In this document: positions 9,779 through 20,454 of the stretch, in pieces
How the letters are laid out: each line of letters starts with the position of its first letter
Numbering within the stretch: the stretch's first letter is position 1
NCBI GenBank assembly: GCA_044339235.1
Contig: JBIIVV010000001.1
Coordinates: 1 to 42,379, forward strand
DNA length: 42,379 nt
Source of the DNA: Ferruginibacter sp.
GTDB lineage: Bacteria > Bacteroidota > Bacteroidia > Chitinophagales > Chitinophagaceae
Direction: 5' to 3'
The notes under the pieces: generated by a model
Databases searched by the model: none
Seen by the model: only the letters and a program-made list of their open reading frames with translations
Told to the model about the DNA's origin: nothing
Translations under genes and position numbers: made by a program

Positions 9779-11863
9779 TTATCTATTAATTTTATTACTC
9801 CTTTCAATTTCCGAAAATAATGAATTTGCAGTCATAAAAGGTGCTAAACAACTATAATTCTTGCACAAATAAATATAATCTGACTCACTTGAGGGTTTAG
9901 CAGCTAATAAAGGAAAAGCCTCATTGCCTTGCTCAGAAGACATTATCACCACATTAGGCAAATATTTTAATACAATATCTTTGGATAGATTGGCAAAATT
10001 TGCACCTATCACTGCTATTTCATTTATTCCCATTACCTGATAAAGTAATAAGGAAGCCCAAATTCCAAACGAACCCGGGTATTTCATAACTGAAGCAGAA
10101 AGTTGGTGTAACATTTTACTAGACCTCGCTCTCCATGCCGCATTATCAAAAACAATAGAAAGCTGTAATAAATTCTCAGCCATCACCGAGTTGCCCGAGG
10201 GTGTTGCCCCATCATAAATTTCTTTTTTTCTAACTATGATGTCTTTTTGGTCCTGGTGAGTATAATAGAAAAAGCAAGACTCCTCATCACTGAAATTTTC
10301 AATAACATAACTACAATAATCAGCGGCTATGAGCAAATAATTTTCCGTAAAACTTGTCTTGTATAATTGAAGCAATGCGGCAATCAGGTAGGCATAATCA
10401 TCCAAAAAGGCAGGGTACTTACTGAGGCCATTTTTATAAGTATGCATCAGTTGTGATGAATCAGCAGCATTATTGAAGCGCTTTTGCAAAAAAACAAAAT
10501 TGGCTACTGCCATTTTTTGGTAAGCGGGTTCATCTAATACAACCGCCGCTTTCGCTATCGATTGTAACATCAAAGCATTCCATCCCAATATAATTTTATC
10601 ATCCAGTGAAGGCTTGATCCTGTTTTTTCTTTGAACTGATAATTTTTGAAGGCATTGCTGGATGAATTGTTCGAATTGCTCCTCCCCCAAACCCCTTGCT
10701 ACTGCAAAATCACCTATTGGCTTAAGCATTCGAAGTATATTCGTTTCTTCCCAGTTGCCCTGTTCAGTGATGTCAAAAAATGCACAAAACAGTGCTGCAT
10801 CTTGACCTAATATAGCATCCACTTCTTTCTTTTGCCACACATAATACTTCCCCTCTACTCCTTCACTATCTGCATCCAAAGCAGCATAAAAACCCCCTTC
10901 ATCACTCAGTAATTCATCGCATACAAAAGAAATCGTTTTACGGATGGCATCCGCATACTTTTTATGGGAACTGATTTGAAAAGCATCACACAAAATATTA
11001 ATAAGCAACGCATTATCATACAACATTTTTTCAAAATGTGGTGCTAGCCATTGGGCATCTGTACTGTAACGGGCCAACCCTCCTCCAATATGGTCATAGA
11101 TACCTCCCATCAGCATTTTATCAATTGAAAGCAACGCTTGCTGTAAAGCCTCCTTATTACCAGTAAAATAATGATACCGTAAAAGGTATTGAATGGTAAA
11201 TGTTTGAGGGAACTTGGGAGCCTTTCCAAAGCCACCCCATTGGGTATCCGCCGATTTTATGATAGTGGAAAACATTTGATCGCAATGCTCAATGGTGGTT
11301 AACCCCTCCCCATTGTTATTTTCGATGGCATTGCCTAAGGCTAGCACACTGTTAGCCCTTTGAAGATGATCCGTTAGGTTTTCTGCCTGCGCTTCTATTT
11401 CATTTTTCCTTTCCTTCCAAGCCTCTACGATACTATAAAGGATTTCCGTCCAGGAGGATCTATTGTATGCCTTTTCAGGTGGGAAATAGGTGCCTCCGAA
11501 AAATGGTTTTGCCTGCGGTGTTAAAAAAACATTCAGTGGCCAGCCACCGCTGCCCGACATAGCCTGAACGGCATCCATATAAATATGATCTAAATCGGGA
11601 CGCTCCTCGCGATCCACTTTTATGCTTACAAAATGAGCATTCATCAATGCTGCTACTGACTCATTTTCAAAACTTTCCCTTTCCATCACATGACACCAAT
11701 GACATGCGGAATATCCAATACTTATCAATATTATTTTATCTTCTACCCTCGCCTTTGCAAGCGCCTCCTCCCCCCAGGGATACCATTCTACTGGGTTATG
11801 GGCATGCTGCAGCAAATAAGGGCTTGTTTCATTGATTAACCGATTGGTAAAAGATGAGTGCAT
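9779..11863 (-). CDS. YyaL/SPATA20-family protein (thioredoxin-like DUF255 domain plus six-hairpin glycosidase-like domain)
   Basis: '[28 protein letters not shown]', '[18 protein letters not shown]', '[11 protein letters not shown]', '[10 protein letters not shown]'. Confidence 0.95.
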   Translation of the reverse strand: MHSSFTNRLINETSPYLLQHAHNPVEWYPWGEEALAKARVEDKIILISIGYSACHWCHVMERESFENESVAALMNAHFVSIKVDREERPDLDHIYMDAVQAMSGSGGWPLNVFLTPQAKPFFGGTYFPPEKAYNRSSWTEILYSIVEAWKERKNEIEAQAENLTDHLQRANSVLALGNAIENNNGEGLTTIEHCDQMFSTIIKSADTQWGGFGKAPKFPQTFTIQYLLRYHYFTGNKEALQQALLSIDKMLMGGIYDHIGGGLARYSTDAQWLAPHFEKMLYDNALLINILCDAFQISSHKKYADAIRKTISFVCDELLSDEGGFYAALDADSEGVEGKYYVWQKKEVDAILGQDAALFCAFFDITEQGNWEETNILRMLKPIGDFAVARGLGEEQFEQFIQQCLQKLSVQRKNRIKPSLDDKIILGWNALMLQSIAKAAVVLDEPAYQKMAVANFVFLQKRFNNAADSSQLMHTYKNGLSKYPAFLDDYAYLIAALLQLYKTSFTENYLLIAADYCSYVIENFSDEESCFFYYTHQDQKDIIVRKKEIYDGATPSGNSVMAENLLQLSIVFDNAAWRARSSKMLHQLSASVMKYPGSFGIWASLLLYQVMGINEIAVIGANFANLSKDIVLKYLPNVVIMSSEQGNEAFPLLAAKPSSESDYIYLCKNYSCLAPFMTANSLFSEIERSNKINR

Positions 11864-11975
11864 AAAAACTTTTAGTAGTTTAACAAATTTTCAGTGACAA
11901 TAAAATGCCCCTACTGAAATAAGTGGAGGGGAATCAATAATCAATTCATCGAAGTAAAGGAGGGGGAAACTATTT

Positions 11976-12767
11976 TTACTTTTTTTTACTCGAAGATAAA
12001 TACTGTTCTAAAGCACTCACCATACTGGGTGCCTGCGGCTGAGGAGCTTGAATATGAAGCGTAAGGCCAGCATCTTCTGCAGCTTTACAAGTGTTGGCTC
12101 CAAATACCCCTATTTTAGTCCCATTTTGCTTGAATTTGGGGAAATTTTCAAGCAAGCTTTTTACTCCCCCAGGTGTAAAAAAACAAATCACGTCAAAATT
12201 TTGAGCAATGACTTCTTTTATATCATTGCTAATAATTCTATAAAGTATGGGGGTAGCATATTCGCAATGGTGATCTCTTAGCCAGTTTGTAATTTCACTA
12301 TCGAAGGATTCTGAACAAGGATAAAGAAATTTTTCATTTTCCTTGTGCTTATTAATTACATCGAAAAAACTTTTATTCGTACCATCGGCACCATAAAACA
12401 CTTTGCGTTTTCTATAGAGAATAAATTTCTGGAGATAAAGCGCAATGGCTTCAGTTATACAAAAATACTTGGTGTCCTGCGAAATATTGGTCTTCAACTC
12501 TTCGCAAGTACGAAAAAAATTATCGATGGCATGTCGGCTGGTGAAAATAACCGCCGTGTAATTGATTATCTCAATTTTTTGTTTCCTGAACTCCTTTGCA
12601 GAGATACTATCCACTATAATGAAAGGGTAAAAATGCAAGTCAATATTATGCTTTTTGGCAAGGTCAAAATAAGGAGACCTATCCCCGTCCGGCTTGGGTT
12701 GGCTAATCAGTATTTTTTTTATCGCGCTATCTTTAGATTCAGGGGTTTTTTTCATATTACCAACCAT
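11976..12767 (-). CDS. hemD: Uroporphyrinogen-III synthase-like protein (Bacteroidota HemD family)
   Basis: 'KILISQPKP...SPYFDLA', 'AVIFTSRHAID', 'LYLQKFILYRKRK', 'FFTPGGVKSL'; typical position downstream of DUF4271. Confidence 0.85.
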   Translation of the reverse strand: MVGNMKKTPESKDSAIKKILISQPKPDGDRSPYFDLAKKHNIDLHFYPFIIVDSISAKEFRKQKIEIINYTAVIFTSRHAIDNFFRTCEELKTNISQDTKYFCITEAIALYLQKFILYRKRKVFYGADGTNKSFFDVINKHKENEKFLYPCSESFDSEITNWLRDHHCEYATPILYRIISNDIKEVIAQNFDVICFFTPGGVKSLLENFPKFKQNGTKIGVFGANTCKAAEDAGLTLHIQAPQPQAPSMVSALEQYLSSSKKK

Positions 12768-12802
12768 ACGGGATAAAATTAATATTCAACATCGATACAA
12801 AA

Positions 12803-13750
12803 TTATAGATTTTTACTTAATAAAACTACCAGTCCCTTGTAAACTATCAAAACTGGAATAATTTCTACACCCACTACATACATTAAAAAGTGAAATTGGC
12901 TTAGTTTAAGCTGATTTTGAAGCAAAGCATAGGACCTGAAAAATCGTATCAAAAAAAGGATTCCAATAAGTAAAAGGGATCCAATTACTGCTGAATTAGC
13001 TAAAGCGGGCATAGAAAAGGCTATAATGACAATAAAAGGAAGTAAAAAAATACCGATCACCTTATTGAATAAAAAAATAATAAAAACATAATTATTCATT
13101 ACTTCGGTTAACCCCGTAAGCCATCCTGTAAATTTTATCGTAAAAAATTTAATTAGATAAATCAATCCTAAACTAACGGTACAATAAGCCAAGATCTGCC
13201 AAAAATCAAGATTGTCAATCCAATGATTATACATTAGCAGCAAGTAAATATACAGTCCTCCCGAAAACACAAAAAGCATATTAAACAAAAGCGATGGTAA
13301 TTTAGCCTGCAACAACTGCTCAATTAACTGGCTTTGTCGTAGCGAAGCATTAAAAAAAAATCGGAACAGATTATTGAAGTACCGAGTATACACAAATCTT
13401 AAAAATGCCAAAAGCGATACAATGATTGCTATCAAATAAAATAGTCGGTCTTTGGGAATTCGCTTTTTTTCTTGAATCACCCAAGCAACAGGTTTGGTGG
13501 AAGTATTTAAAAATTGATTGGCTTCCAGCATTTTATTAAAAGCACTATTGTAGGAGGATGCCGAATTAGCTAAGTCATTTTTCAGTATTACTGTTGAATC
13601 TAACAACAAAGTGAGACTATCAGACAATTGCACTAAGGAAGAATCCCGCTTATTCCCAGAATCTTTGACGGTCAGACTACTATCTGACTGTTGAGCAAAA
13701 AGCAAAACAGGAAAGAATACAATATTTACAAATAATATAACCTGTCTCAA
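12803..13750 (-). CDS. DUF4271 family membrane protein
   Basis: Signal-peptide-like N-terminus, about 7 TM helices, C-terminal 'FHFLMYVVGVEIIP'; typical hemD neighbour. Confidence 0.8.
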   Translation of the reverse strand: MRQVILFVNIVFFPVLLFAQQSDSSLTVKDSGNKRDSSLVQLSDSLTLLLDSTVILKNDLANSASSYNSAFNKMLEANQFLNTSTKPVAWVIQEKKRIPKDRLFYLIAIIVSLLAFLRFVYTRYFNNLFRFFFNASLRQSQLIEQLLQAKLPSLLFNMLFVFSGGLYIYLLLMYNHWIDNLDFWQILAYCTVSLGLIYLIKFFTIKFTGWLTGLTEVMNNYVFIIFLFNKVIGIFLLPFIVIIAFSMPALANSAVIGSLLLIGILFLIRFFRSYALLQNQLKLSQFHFLMYVVGVEIIPVLIVYKGLVVLLSKNL

Positions 13751-13767
13751 TTGGTAGAAATTATTAA

Positions 13768-13775
13768 CAAAAATA
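13768..13775 (-). promoter_or_regulatory. -7 promoter element (TATTTTTG) for DUF4271-hemD
   Basis: TAnnTTTG match 17 nt upstream of the TTG start. Confidence 0.55.
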
Positions 13776-13812
13776 AAATGATTTTACTTAGAAATAATTA
13801 ATTTATACAAAT

Positions 13813-13845
13813 CTAGCCTCGAAGTCCGATAAATCGGACGACTAG
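13813..13845. repeat. Short palindromic REP-like element GTCCGAT-AA-ATCGGAC with flanking CTAG
   Basis: Perfect 7-bp inverted repeat 13824-13830/13833-13839; CTAG at 13813 and 13842; GC-rich island in AT-rich intergenic DNA. Confidence 0.55.
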
Positions 13846-14071
13846 GTGCTAATAAATTATTTCAAAAAAACATTTACTACCCCACTGTTGAACTCGATCC
13901 TAAACAAAAAGGGGCAAATGAAAGATGCTATCTTTGTATTAGTTAGCATTTTATACCATTTGTTTGGTTGTCAATTGAAAAATAGTCCATTTCAATTCCA
14001 ACCAACTGGCAGATCAAATCATTGTCATTCCGGATTGGAAATTTTACTTTTACAACAATAAAACAAGCTAT

Positions 14072-15208
14072 TTGGCAGGCATTTATATTCATATCCCATT
14101 TTGCAAGCAGGCTTGCCATTATTGTAATTTTCATTTTTCGACCTCCCTGCAATTTAAGGACGAACTAATTGCTGCGCTGATAAAAGAGATTCATCTTAGC
14201 CCCACTAAAGCAAGCAAGCCAACAGAAAAAGAATTTTGTGAAACTATCTATTTTGGGGGAGGCACACCTAGCATTGTATCAATCAACGATATTACAATGA
14301 TATTAGCAGCGTTGGCCTCAAAATTTGACATTACGAAAGATGCAGAAATTACACTTGAAGCCAACCCAGATGACATCAGTGCTGAGAAATTACAACTTTG
14401 GAAAAAAGCAGGAATTAACCGGCTGAGTGTGGGTATACAATCCTTTTTGGACCCCGAACTCCTTTGGATGAACCGAGCGCATTCAGCAAGTGACTCACTG
14501 CGATGCATCGACGAAATTAAGGATGCCGGATTCTCCGACTTCTCAATCGATTTAATCTATGGCTCCCCTTTGTTAAGCAATCAAGATTGGTCAACCGCTA
14601 TTGATACCGTCATTAGTAAGAAAATACCCCATATCTCTTGCTACGCACTTACGGTGGAACCTAAAACAGCATTGGACAAAATGATTGCTCAAAACAAAAA
14701 AGCACCGGTGGATGCCGAAAAACAGGCTGAACAATTTATTATTGGGATGAATAAAATGGAGCAAGCTGGCTACGAGCACTATGAAATTAGTAATTTTTCA
14801 AAACCTGGCATGAGAAGTAAGCATAACAGTAGTTATTGGCAGGGTAAAAAATATTATGGATTTGGGCCTGCTGCTCATAGTTATGACGGGGCAACAAGAA
14901 AATGGAATATCGCTAATAACGCATTGTACATTCAGTCATTGAAAAAAAACTCCATTCCATTTGAAGAAGAGCTTCTCACACCAACTCAATCATTCAATGA
15001 GTTCATCATGATATCGCTCAGAACTATGGAAGGCATCGACCTCGAAAAAACGAGTGCCCTATTTGGAAATAGTTATCTTAACCAGCTGCTCCTTTCCAGC
15101 CAAAAATACATCGAATCCAAAAAACTCATTCAGATAAATGCAAGTCTGATTTTGACAAAAGAGGGGAAGCTATTTGCGGATGGCATCGCTGCAGACCTTT
15201 TTTTCTAA
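14072..15208 (+). CDS. hemW: Radical SAM heme chaperone HemW
   Basis: 'GIYIHIPFCKQACHYCNF' (CX3CX2C), 'TIYFGGGTPS', 'YEISNF', 'HNSSYW'. Confidence 0.93.
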   Translation: MAGIYIHIPFCKQACHYCNFHFSTSLQFKDELIAALIKEIHLSPTKASKPTEKEFCETIYFGGGTPSIVSINDITMILAALASKFDITKDAEITLEANPDDISAEKLQLWKKAGINRLSVGIQSFLDPELLWMNRAHSASDSLRCIDEIKDAGFSDFSIDLIYGSPLLSNQDWSTAIDTVISKKIPHISCYALTVEPKTALDKMIAQNKKAPVDAEKQAEQFIIGMNKMEQAGYEHYEISNFSKPGMRSKHNSSYWQGKKYYGFGPAAHSYDGATRKWNIANNALYIQSLKKNSIPFEEELLTPTQSFNEFIMISLRTMEGIDLEKTSALFGNSYLNQLLLSSQKYIESKKLIQINASLILTKEGKLFADGIAADLFF

Positions 15209-15218
15209 AAAATGGCAA

Positions 15219-16268
15219 CTACACCAATACTGATTCAATCTGGGCAAACCCTTCGCGGGGAGAAAGGCTTTCCCATAATATCCGATAAATTGTTTCAGCA
15301 ATAGGCATATTGGCATGAATGACCTGATTAATCTGGTACACACTTTTACTTGCAGGATACCCTTCAGCAACCATACTCATTTCTACCTGAGCGGATTTTA
15401 CTGCATACCCCTTTCCAATCATATTACCGAAGGTTCGATTGCGACTATACAATGAATAACAAGTAACCAATAAATCGCCCAAGTAAACGGAGGCGGCATA
15501 ATTATTGGATCGATGAACAGAAGGAAGCGGCAATGAGTCTACATGACCCACTTCCATATTTTTTATTCCAGCTTTTTTTAAAAACCCCGCCATCTCATCC
15601 GCGCTATTGGCAATGAGTACACTCAAAAAATTATCTCCATAATCCAAACCATGAGCTATCCCTGCCCCTACAGCATAGATATTTTTTAACACTGCGGCAA
15701 ATTGAACCCCATAGATATCATCATTTTCTATTGTATTGAGATAGCTCGTTTTGAAATTACTGGCTATCTCATGTGTTGCAATTGCATCGACCCCTGAAAA
15801 AGTAAGATAGGATAACTTTTCCCCAGCTATTTCCTCCGCATGACAAGGCCCCAAAACAGAAAAATAATTTTCGAGCGGGAAATCAAATGAATATTTTAGA
15901 AAGTCATTCAGTAGCATATTGTTCTGTGGTAAAATACCCTTGATAGCACTGATCACTTTTTTTTCAACAAATATATTTTTGTCCAATGGTAATAAAATGG
16001 AGCTGGCATATGCTGAAGGAATCGCTACAACAATGCAATCTGACTTTTGAATAACTTCTCCAGGATCAGTTGTAAGATTTAATAAATCAGTATTAAAATA
16101 GGTGGAACTTAAATAATGTGGATTGTGCTTTCTGTCCCTGATTTGTTGGATAGACTGCTCACTCCTATTCCACCAATGAATGGAATGCCCATTGTCTGTT
16201 AGAATCTTTGCTATTGCAGTCCCCCAACTTCCACTTCCTACAATTCCAAAAGTCATACGATCTTTCAA
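15219..16268 (-). CDS. gpsA: NAD(P)H-dependent glycerol-3-phosphate dehydrogenase
   Basis: 'GSGSWGTA', 'GPCHAEE', 'LKNIYAVGAG', 'YLGDLLVTCYS..SRNR', 'VAEG'; alternative ATG start at 16256. Confidence 0.95.
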   Translation of the reverse strand: MKDRMTFGIVGSGSWGTAIAKILTDNGHSIHWWNRSEQSIQQIRDRKHNPHYLSSTYFNTDLLNLTTDPGEVIQKSDCIVVAIPSAYASSILLPLDKNIFVEKKVISAIKGILPQNNMLLNDFLKYSFDFPLENYFSVLGPCHAEEIAGEKLSYLTFSGVDAIATHEIASNFKTSYLNTIENDDIYGVQFAAVLKNIYAVGAGIAHGLDYGDNFLSVLIANSADEMAGFLKKAGIKNMEVGHVDSLPLPSVHRSNNYAASVYLGDLLVTCYSLYSRNRTFGNMIGKGYAVKSAQVEMSMVAEGYPASKSVYQINQVIHANMPIAETIYRILWESLSPREGFAQIESVLV

Positions 16269-16427
16269 TGTTTGATTGATTTATTGGACAGAGAATAATT
16301 TTATAATTGAGTGGAAAATTAAGTGGATTAATTTTAAAATCATTCTCAATCGCAGTTCAATTAGAAGATGAAATATAAATTCATTCACTCAAAAAAGAAG
16401 TTTTAACCAGCTTCCTACAATGGTCAA

Positions 16428-17138
16428 CTAGAGCCCTAATTTATCAACAGCCAATTGAGCTGCTATCTGACTAGCGTCCTTTTTATTATATCCTTTTCCT
16501 TCCGCCACTAGCTCACCATCTACAGTAGCGCCAATAGTAAACAGTCGCCTGCCATTTTCAAATTTTTCACTTAGGGTATCAAATTCAAGCAGTTTTCCAT
16601 TTTTATTTGCCCAGCCGTATAATTTATTCTTAATGTTAATTTCAATGCCCTCCAGATCATCCATGAACAAGTAAGTGGAAATAATGTTTTTCTCTACCCA
16701 ATGCTGGGTTTTGTCATAGCCTTTATCTAGGTAAACAGCTCCAATTAATGCCTCTAGGGTATTTCCAAAAATTTGAGATATTTTTAGGGAGCTATCTTGT
16801 TTATTGTAAATGGTGATTTTTTTCAGCCCCATTTTAATTCCAATATCATTTAACTGCTGACGGTTGACCATTTTACTTCTCATCTCCGTTAAAAACCCTT
16901 CGCCACGATAAGGATATTTTCTAAAAAGATAGTGTGCCACAATAGAGCTAAGCACCGCATCGCCCAAAAATTCAAGGCGCTCATTATTTTCATCGGCCCC
17001 TTCCCGCACCGATCGATGACTCAATGCGGTTCTGTATAAATTGAGTTCGCCAGGAGTAAATCCTAGGACGTTAGTGAGTTGTTTTTTAAACTCTTTCTTT
17101 ATTTTATCTCCGTAGAAGAAGGTTTTCAGGAATTGCAA
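16428..17138 (-). CDS. rnc: Ribonuclease III
   Basis: Signature 'NERLEFLGDAVL', 'EGFLTEMRSKMVNR', 'LEALIGAVYLD', C-terminal dsRBD; downstream of acpP-fabF. Confidence 0.97.
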   Translation of the reverse strand: MQFLKTFFYGDKIKKEFKKQLTNVLGFTPGELNLYRTALSHRSVREGADENNERLEFLGDAVLSSIVAHYLFRKYPYRGEGFLTEMRSKMVNRQQLNDIGIKMGLKKITIYNKQDSSLKISQIFGNTLEALIGAVYLDKGYDKTQHWVEKNIISTYLFMDDLEGIEINIKNKLYGWANKNGKLLEFDTLSEKFENGRRLFTIGATVDGELVAEGKGYNKKDASQIAAQLAVDKLGL

Positions 17139-17346
17139 AATTTGACAAAATGTTTAATCGAAATTACTGATAATGGATGCAAAGAAAAAATATAAAAACA
17201 TTTGGGAAAAGCTAATAATTTGAGCATGGGGCAATTGTACCATCTGAAATATAGAAATCCTTTTGATACCTACGCTGCAAATCTTGGCTTACAAGGAAAA
17301 TTCGGATTACTTATAATAGAGGGATAGGCAAAGAAAACAGAACCTA

Positions 17347-18600
17347 CTAAGGTTGGTATTTTTTTACAATTACCGAAGCGTTGTGTCCTCCAAAACCAAA
17401 TGTATTACTCAATGCAGCATTCACCGTTCTGTGTTGTGCTTTATTGAAAGTAAAATTTAATTGAGGATCCAAGCCTGGATCGTCGGTAAAGTGATTAATG
17501 GTGGGAGGAATAATATTTTTTGTGACGGCCAGAATGCATGCAAGCGTCTCAATAGCACCAGCTGCACCAAGCGTATGGCCAGTCATACTTTTCGTAGAAC
17601 TGATATTTAAATTATAGGCATGTTTTCCAAAAACATTTAAAATAGCCTTTGACTCTGCAATATCTCCTAAAGGTGTTGAAGTGCCATGTACATTGATATA
17701 ATCAATATCTTCTGGTTTCATTGCTGCATCTTTTAGGGCTGTATGCATTACATTTTGTGCACCAAGTCCCTCTGGATGAGGAGCGGTAATATGGTGAGCA
17801 TCTGCTGAGGCACCGCCACCTGCAATTTCGCAATATATTTTAGCACCGCGTGCAAGCGCATGATCTAAGCTTTCCAAAATAAGGGCACCGGCACCTTCGC
17901 CTACCACAAACCCGTCGCGGTCCTTATCAAAAGGCCGACTAGCTGTTGCAGGATCATCATTTCTTTCGCTTAAAGCCTTCATGGCATTAAAACCACCTAC
18001 CCCAGCAATACTAATTACAGCTTCGCTTCCCCCCGTGAGAATGATATCTGCCCTGCCCAACCGAATGTTATCAAAGGCGTCAATAATCGCATTGGTAGAA
18101 GAAGCGCAGGCGCTAACTACTGCATAGTTGGGTCCCCTAAAACCATGACGGATTGATATTTGCCCTGCTGCAATATCAAGGATCATTTTGGGAATAAAGA
18201 AAGGATTAAAACGTGGAGTACCATCACCGGAAGCAAAGTTGAGCACTTCTTCCTGAAAAGTAATTAAACCGCCAATTCCACTCGCAAATATTACACCTAC
18301 CCGGTCTACATTTACATTATCCTTATTAATGCCTGCATCTTTTACTGCTTCATCGCTGGCTATTAAGGCAAACTGGGTAAATCGGTCAATTTTGCGGGCT
18401 TCTTTTCGATCTAAGTACTGGGTGGCATCAAAATCTTTAACCTCGCAGGCAAATCTTGTCTTAAATTTCGAGGCATCGAATTGCTTAATATAATCACAGC
18501 CATTCACACCATCAGATAAAGCCTGCCAATATTCAGCAACGGTTTTCCCTAATGGAGTAAGGGCTCCCAATCCGGTTACAACTACTCTCTTTAGATCCAT
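17347..18600 (-). CDS. fabF: 3-oxoacyl-ACP synthase II
   Basis: 'RVVVTGLG', 'SACAS', 'SRPFDKDRDGFV', 'NVHGTSTPLGD', 'KSMTGH', 'SNTFGFGGHN'. Confidence 0.97.
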   Translation of the reverse strand: MDLKRVVVTGLGALTPLGKTVAEYWQALSDGVNGCDYIKQFDASKFKTRFACEVKDFDATQYLDRKEARKIDRFTQFALIASDEAVKDAGINKDNVNVDRVGVIFASGIGGLITFQEEVLNFASGDGTPRFNPFFIPKMILDIAAGQISIRHGFRGPNYAVVSACASSTNAIIDAFDNIRLGRADIILTGGSEAVISIAGVGGFNAMKALSERNDDPATASRPFDKDRDGFVVGEGAGALILESLDHALARGAKIYCEIAGGGASADAHHITAPHPEGLGAQNVMHTALKDAAMKPEDIDYINVHGTSTPLGDIAESKAILNVFGKHAYNLNISSTKSMTGHTLGAAGAIETLACILAVTKNIIPPTINHFTDDPGLDPQLNFTFNKAQHRTVNAALSNTFGFGGHNASVIVKKYQP

Positions 18601-18633
18601 AAAATTTGCCTGCGATGATTAAAACAGAGATGA

Positions 18634-18870
18634 CTACTTAGCGTGTTCTTCAAGGTAAGTAACAGCCTGACCAACAGTGGTAATGGTTTCAGCTTGCTCA
18701 TCTGGAATAGAAATGTTGAATTCCTTTTCAAATTCCATAATTAGTTCTACGGTGTCCAAGCTATCGGCACCTAAATCATTAGTAAAAGAAGCTTCCGGAG
18801 TAACCTCGGCTTCATCTACACCTAATTTGTCAACAATTATTTTCTTTACTCTTGTTGCAATGTCTGACAT
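18634..18870 (-). CDS. acpP: Acyl carrier protein
   Basis: '[20 protein letters not shown]'. Confidence 0.98.
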   Translation of the reverse strand: MSDIATRVKKIIVDKLGVDEAEVTPEASFTNDLGADSLDTVELIMEFEKEFNISIPDEQAETITTVGQAVTYLEEHAK

Positions 18871-18896
18871 AATTATAATATTTAGTTAATCAGGTG

Positions 18897-18904
18897 CAAA
18901 AATA
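18897..18904 (-). promoter_or_regulatory. -7 promoter element (TATTTTTG) for acpP-fabF
   Basis: TAnnTTTG followed by 'CACC', 26 nt upstream of acpP. Confidence 0.65.
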
Positions 18905-19250
18905 TACTTTTTGAGATAAATACAAAGAAATATAAGTTTTAATAAAATTTATTCTACCATCCTTCTTCAAAGAGGGTGCACAAAACAGCATTTTGCAGTC
19001 AGTAATTTAAAATATTTATATAATTATAGGCTCAAAATTTATTTTTTTTAATACGTCCTTTTTATCAAAAACTTAGCTTAAAACTATAAATATACACTAT
19101 AATATATATATGTAATTCGCTATCTAAGAGAAAAAATAGCGGTTCCCATAAAAACAATAGGAGCTCAACAAATGAAAAATGGGAAGGGGTTTTTACATTA
19201 AGTGCTACTTCCCACATACATTTAAAAGAAAGATTTCGCTATATTGTGAC

Positions 19251-19682
19251 ATGGGCTTAAAACAAATAGATCATGGAAGCAAGGAATACCAACAAATGGT
19301 TACACTTCGTTTTGAAATAATGCGAAAGCCCCTTGGTCTATCATTTTCACCAGAAGAATTGGCAAAGGAAAAAAATGACATTTTGATTGGTGCATTTGAC
19401 GAGGATGAAATGACAGGATGCTGTATCCTAACTGATATTAGTAGTGGCAGTGTGAAACTCCGCCAAATGGCAGTCCTAAAAAACATGCAAGGAAAAGGAA
19501 TCGGAGAAACGATCATCCAATTTGCAGAAAATATTGCCCGGGACAAAGGCTACAAAACTTTAACCATGCATGCCCGTGATACCGCTATTGGGTTTTATGA
19601 AAAATACGGCTACAAAGTAGAAGGAGGAGGGTTTGTAGAAATCAATATACCCCATCATATTATGAAAAAAAATTTACGATAG
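19251..19682 (+). CDS. GNAT family N-acetyltransferase
   Basis: 'LRQMAV...QGKGIG', 'MHARDTAIGFYEKYGY', 'IPHHIM'; ATG 19251 preferred over the ORF track start at 19179. Confidence 0.9.
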   Translation: MGLKQIDHGSKEYQQMVTLRFEIMRKPLGLSFSPEELAKEKNDILIGAFDEDEMTGCCILTDISSGSVKLRQMAVLKNMQGKGIGETIIQFAENIARDKGYKTLTMHARDTAIGFYEKYGYKVEGGGFVEINIPHHIMKKNLR

Positions 19683-19728
19683 GTTTACAGGCAACCCAAC
19701 TTGATATTGCAGCAAGTTGAAAGATTGT

Positions 19729-20205
19729 TTACTTTTTGATTTTTTCGGCCAATACTTTTCTTGCCATGGGAATCTCCTGTTCCAAAAAAGCTTCTTTTGG
19801 AACGATGAAGAAAGATCTTGAATCAAAGTACAAATGAAAAAAATGCGGACTTTCCATTGTAGCCGTAAATTCTCTCCATAACCAGCTTCGGCTTCCCTTT
19901 TCATTTTCAATAGTAAATTCGTCCTTGCCAAAGGTTGCCTTCAAACGCTGCTGAAAAGTACTCGACATTTTATAAATGGTTAAGGGTAATAAGAACCAAA
20001 AAGCCAGCATCAACGCAAACCATAAAACAGAACTCACTAAAAATGCCATGGGTGAAACTTTTTTTAAAAAGAACAACCCTGCAGCAATGATGGAAAATAC
20101 ATTTACCAAAATAATCATTACCTTAATTTCTGGCCGACTAATAAAATGATAGCGCAGCGCTTGGATTACTTTACCTTTATTGTAATTAAAAAATTGGGAA
20201 GTCAT
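19729..20205 (-). CDS. YcxB-like membrane protein
   Basis: Two N-terminal TM helices, then a YcxB-like C-terminus 'SWLWREF...ESPHFFHLY....FFIVPKEAF'. Confidence 0.75.
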   Translation of the reverse strand: MTSQFFNYNKGKVIQALRYHFISRPEIKVMIILVNVFSIIAAGLFFLKKVSPMAFLVSSVLWFALMLAFWFLLPLTIYKMSSTFQQRLKATFGKDEFTIENEKGSRSWLWREFTATMESPHFFHLYFDSRSFFIVPKEAFLEQEIPMARKVLAEKIKK

Positions 20206-20209
20206 AGCG

Positions 20210-20217
20210 CAAATATA
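20210..20217 (-). promoter_or_regulatory. -7 promoter element (TATATTTG) for the ycxB-like gene
   Basis: Exact TAnnTTTG only 4 nt upstream of the ATG. Confidence 0.65.
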
Positions 20218-20454
20218 CTCAATAGCTGAAAATGATCATAGGCAATTTCAACCAGTAAGCTACCTGTAGTATTCTATCGGAAATTGTAATAAAGCCAATG
20301 ATGTGCTGAAAAATTAGCAAAGCCCCTCATTGACAGGTTTTATAGCTTCCCTGGCCAACATACTCCAGTTCCTGGGGGATAAAATATTGTTGAATTAAAA
20401 ATTTAAATAGCTCAAATAATTTAATTTCGTACCATTAAAACAACCACTCCTTAC

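Noticed and set aside
11908-11931. Hairpin between hemD and the yyaL-like gene as a terminator
   Set aside because: Bulged stem without a convincing adjacent U-tract; not supportable.
13846-14152. Two short ORFs (71 aa plus strand, 69 aa minus strand) between DUF4271 and hemW
   Set aside because: No recognisable motifs; they overlap each other, the minus-strand one also overlaps the hemW start, and the region looks like a divergent promoter.
18905-19250. Long AT-rich gap between acpP and the GNAT gene (possible sRNA or origin)
   Set aside because: No stable structure, DnaA-box cluster or repeat was found; consistent with divergent promoters.
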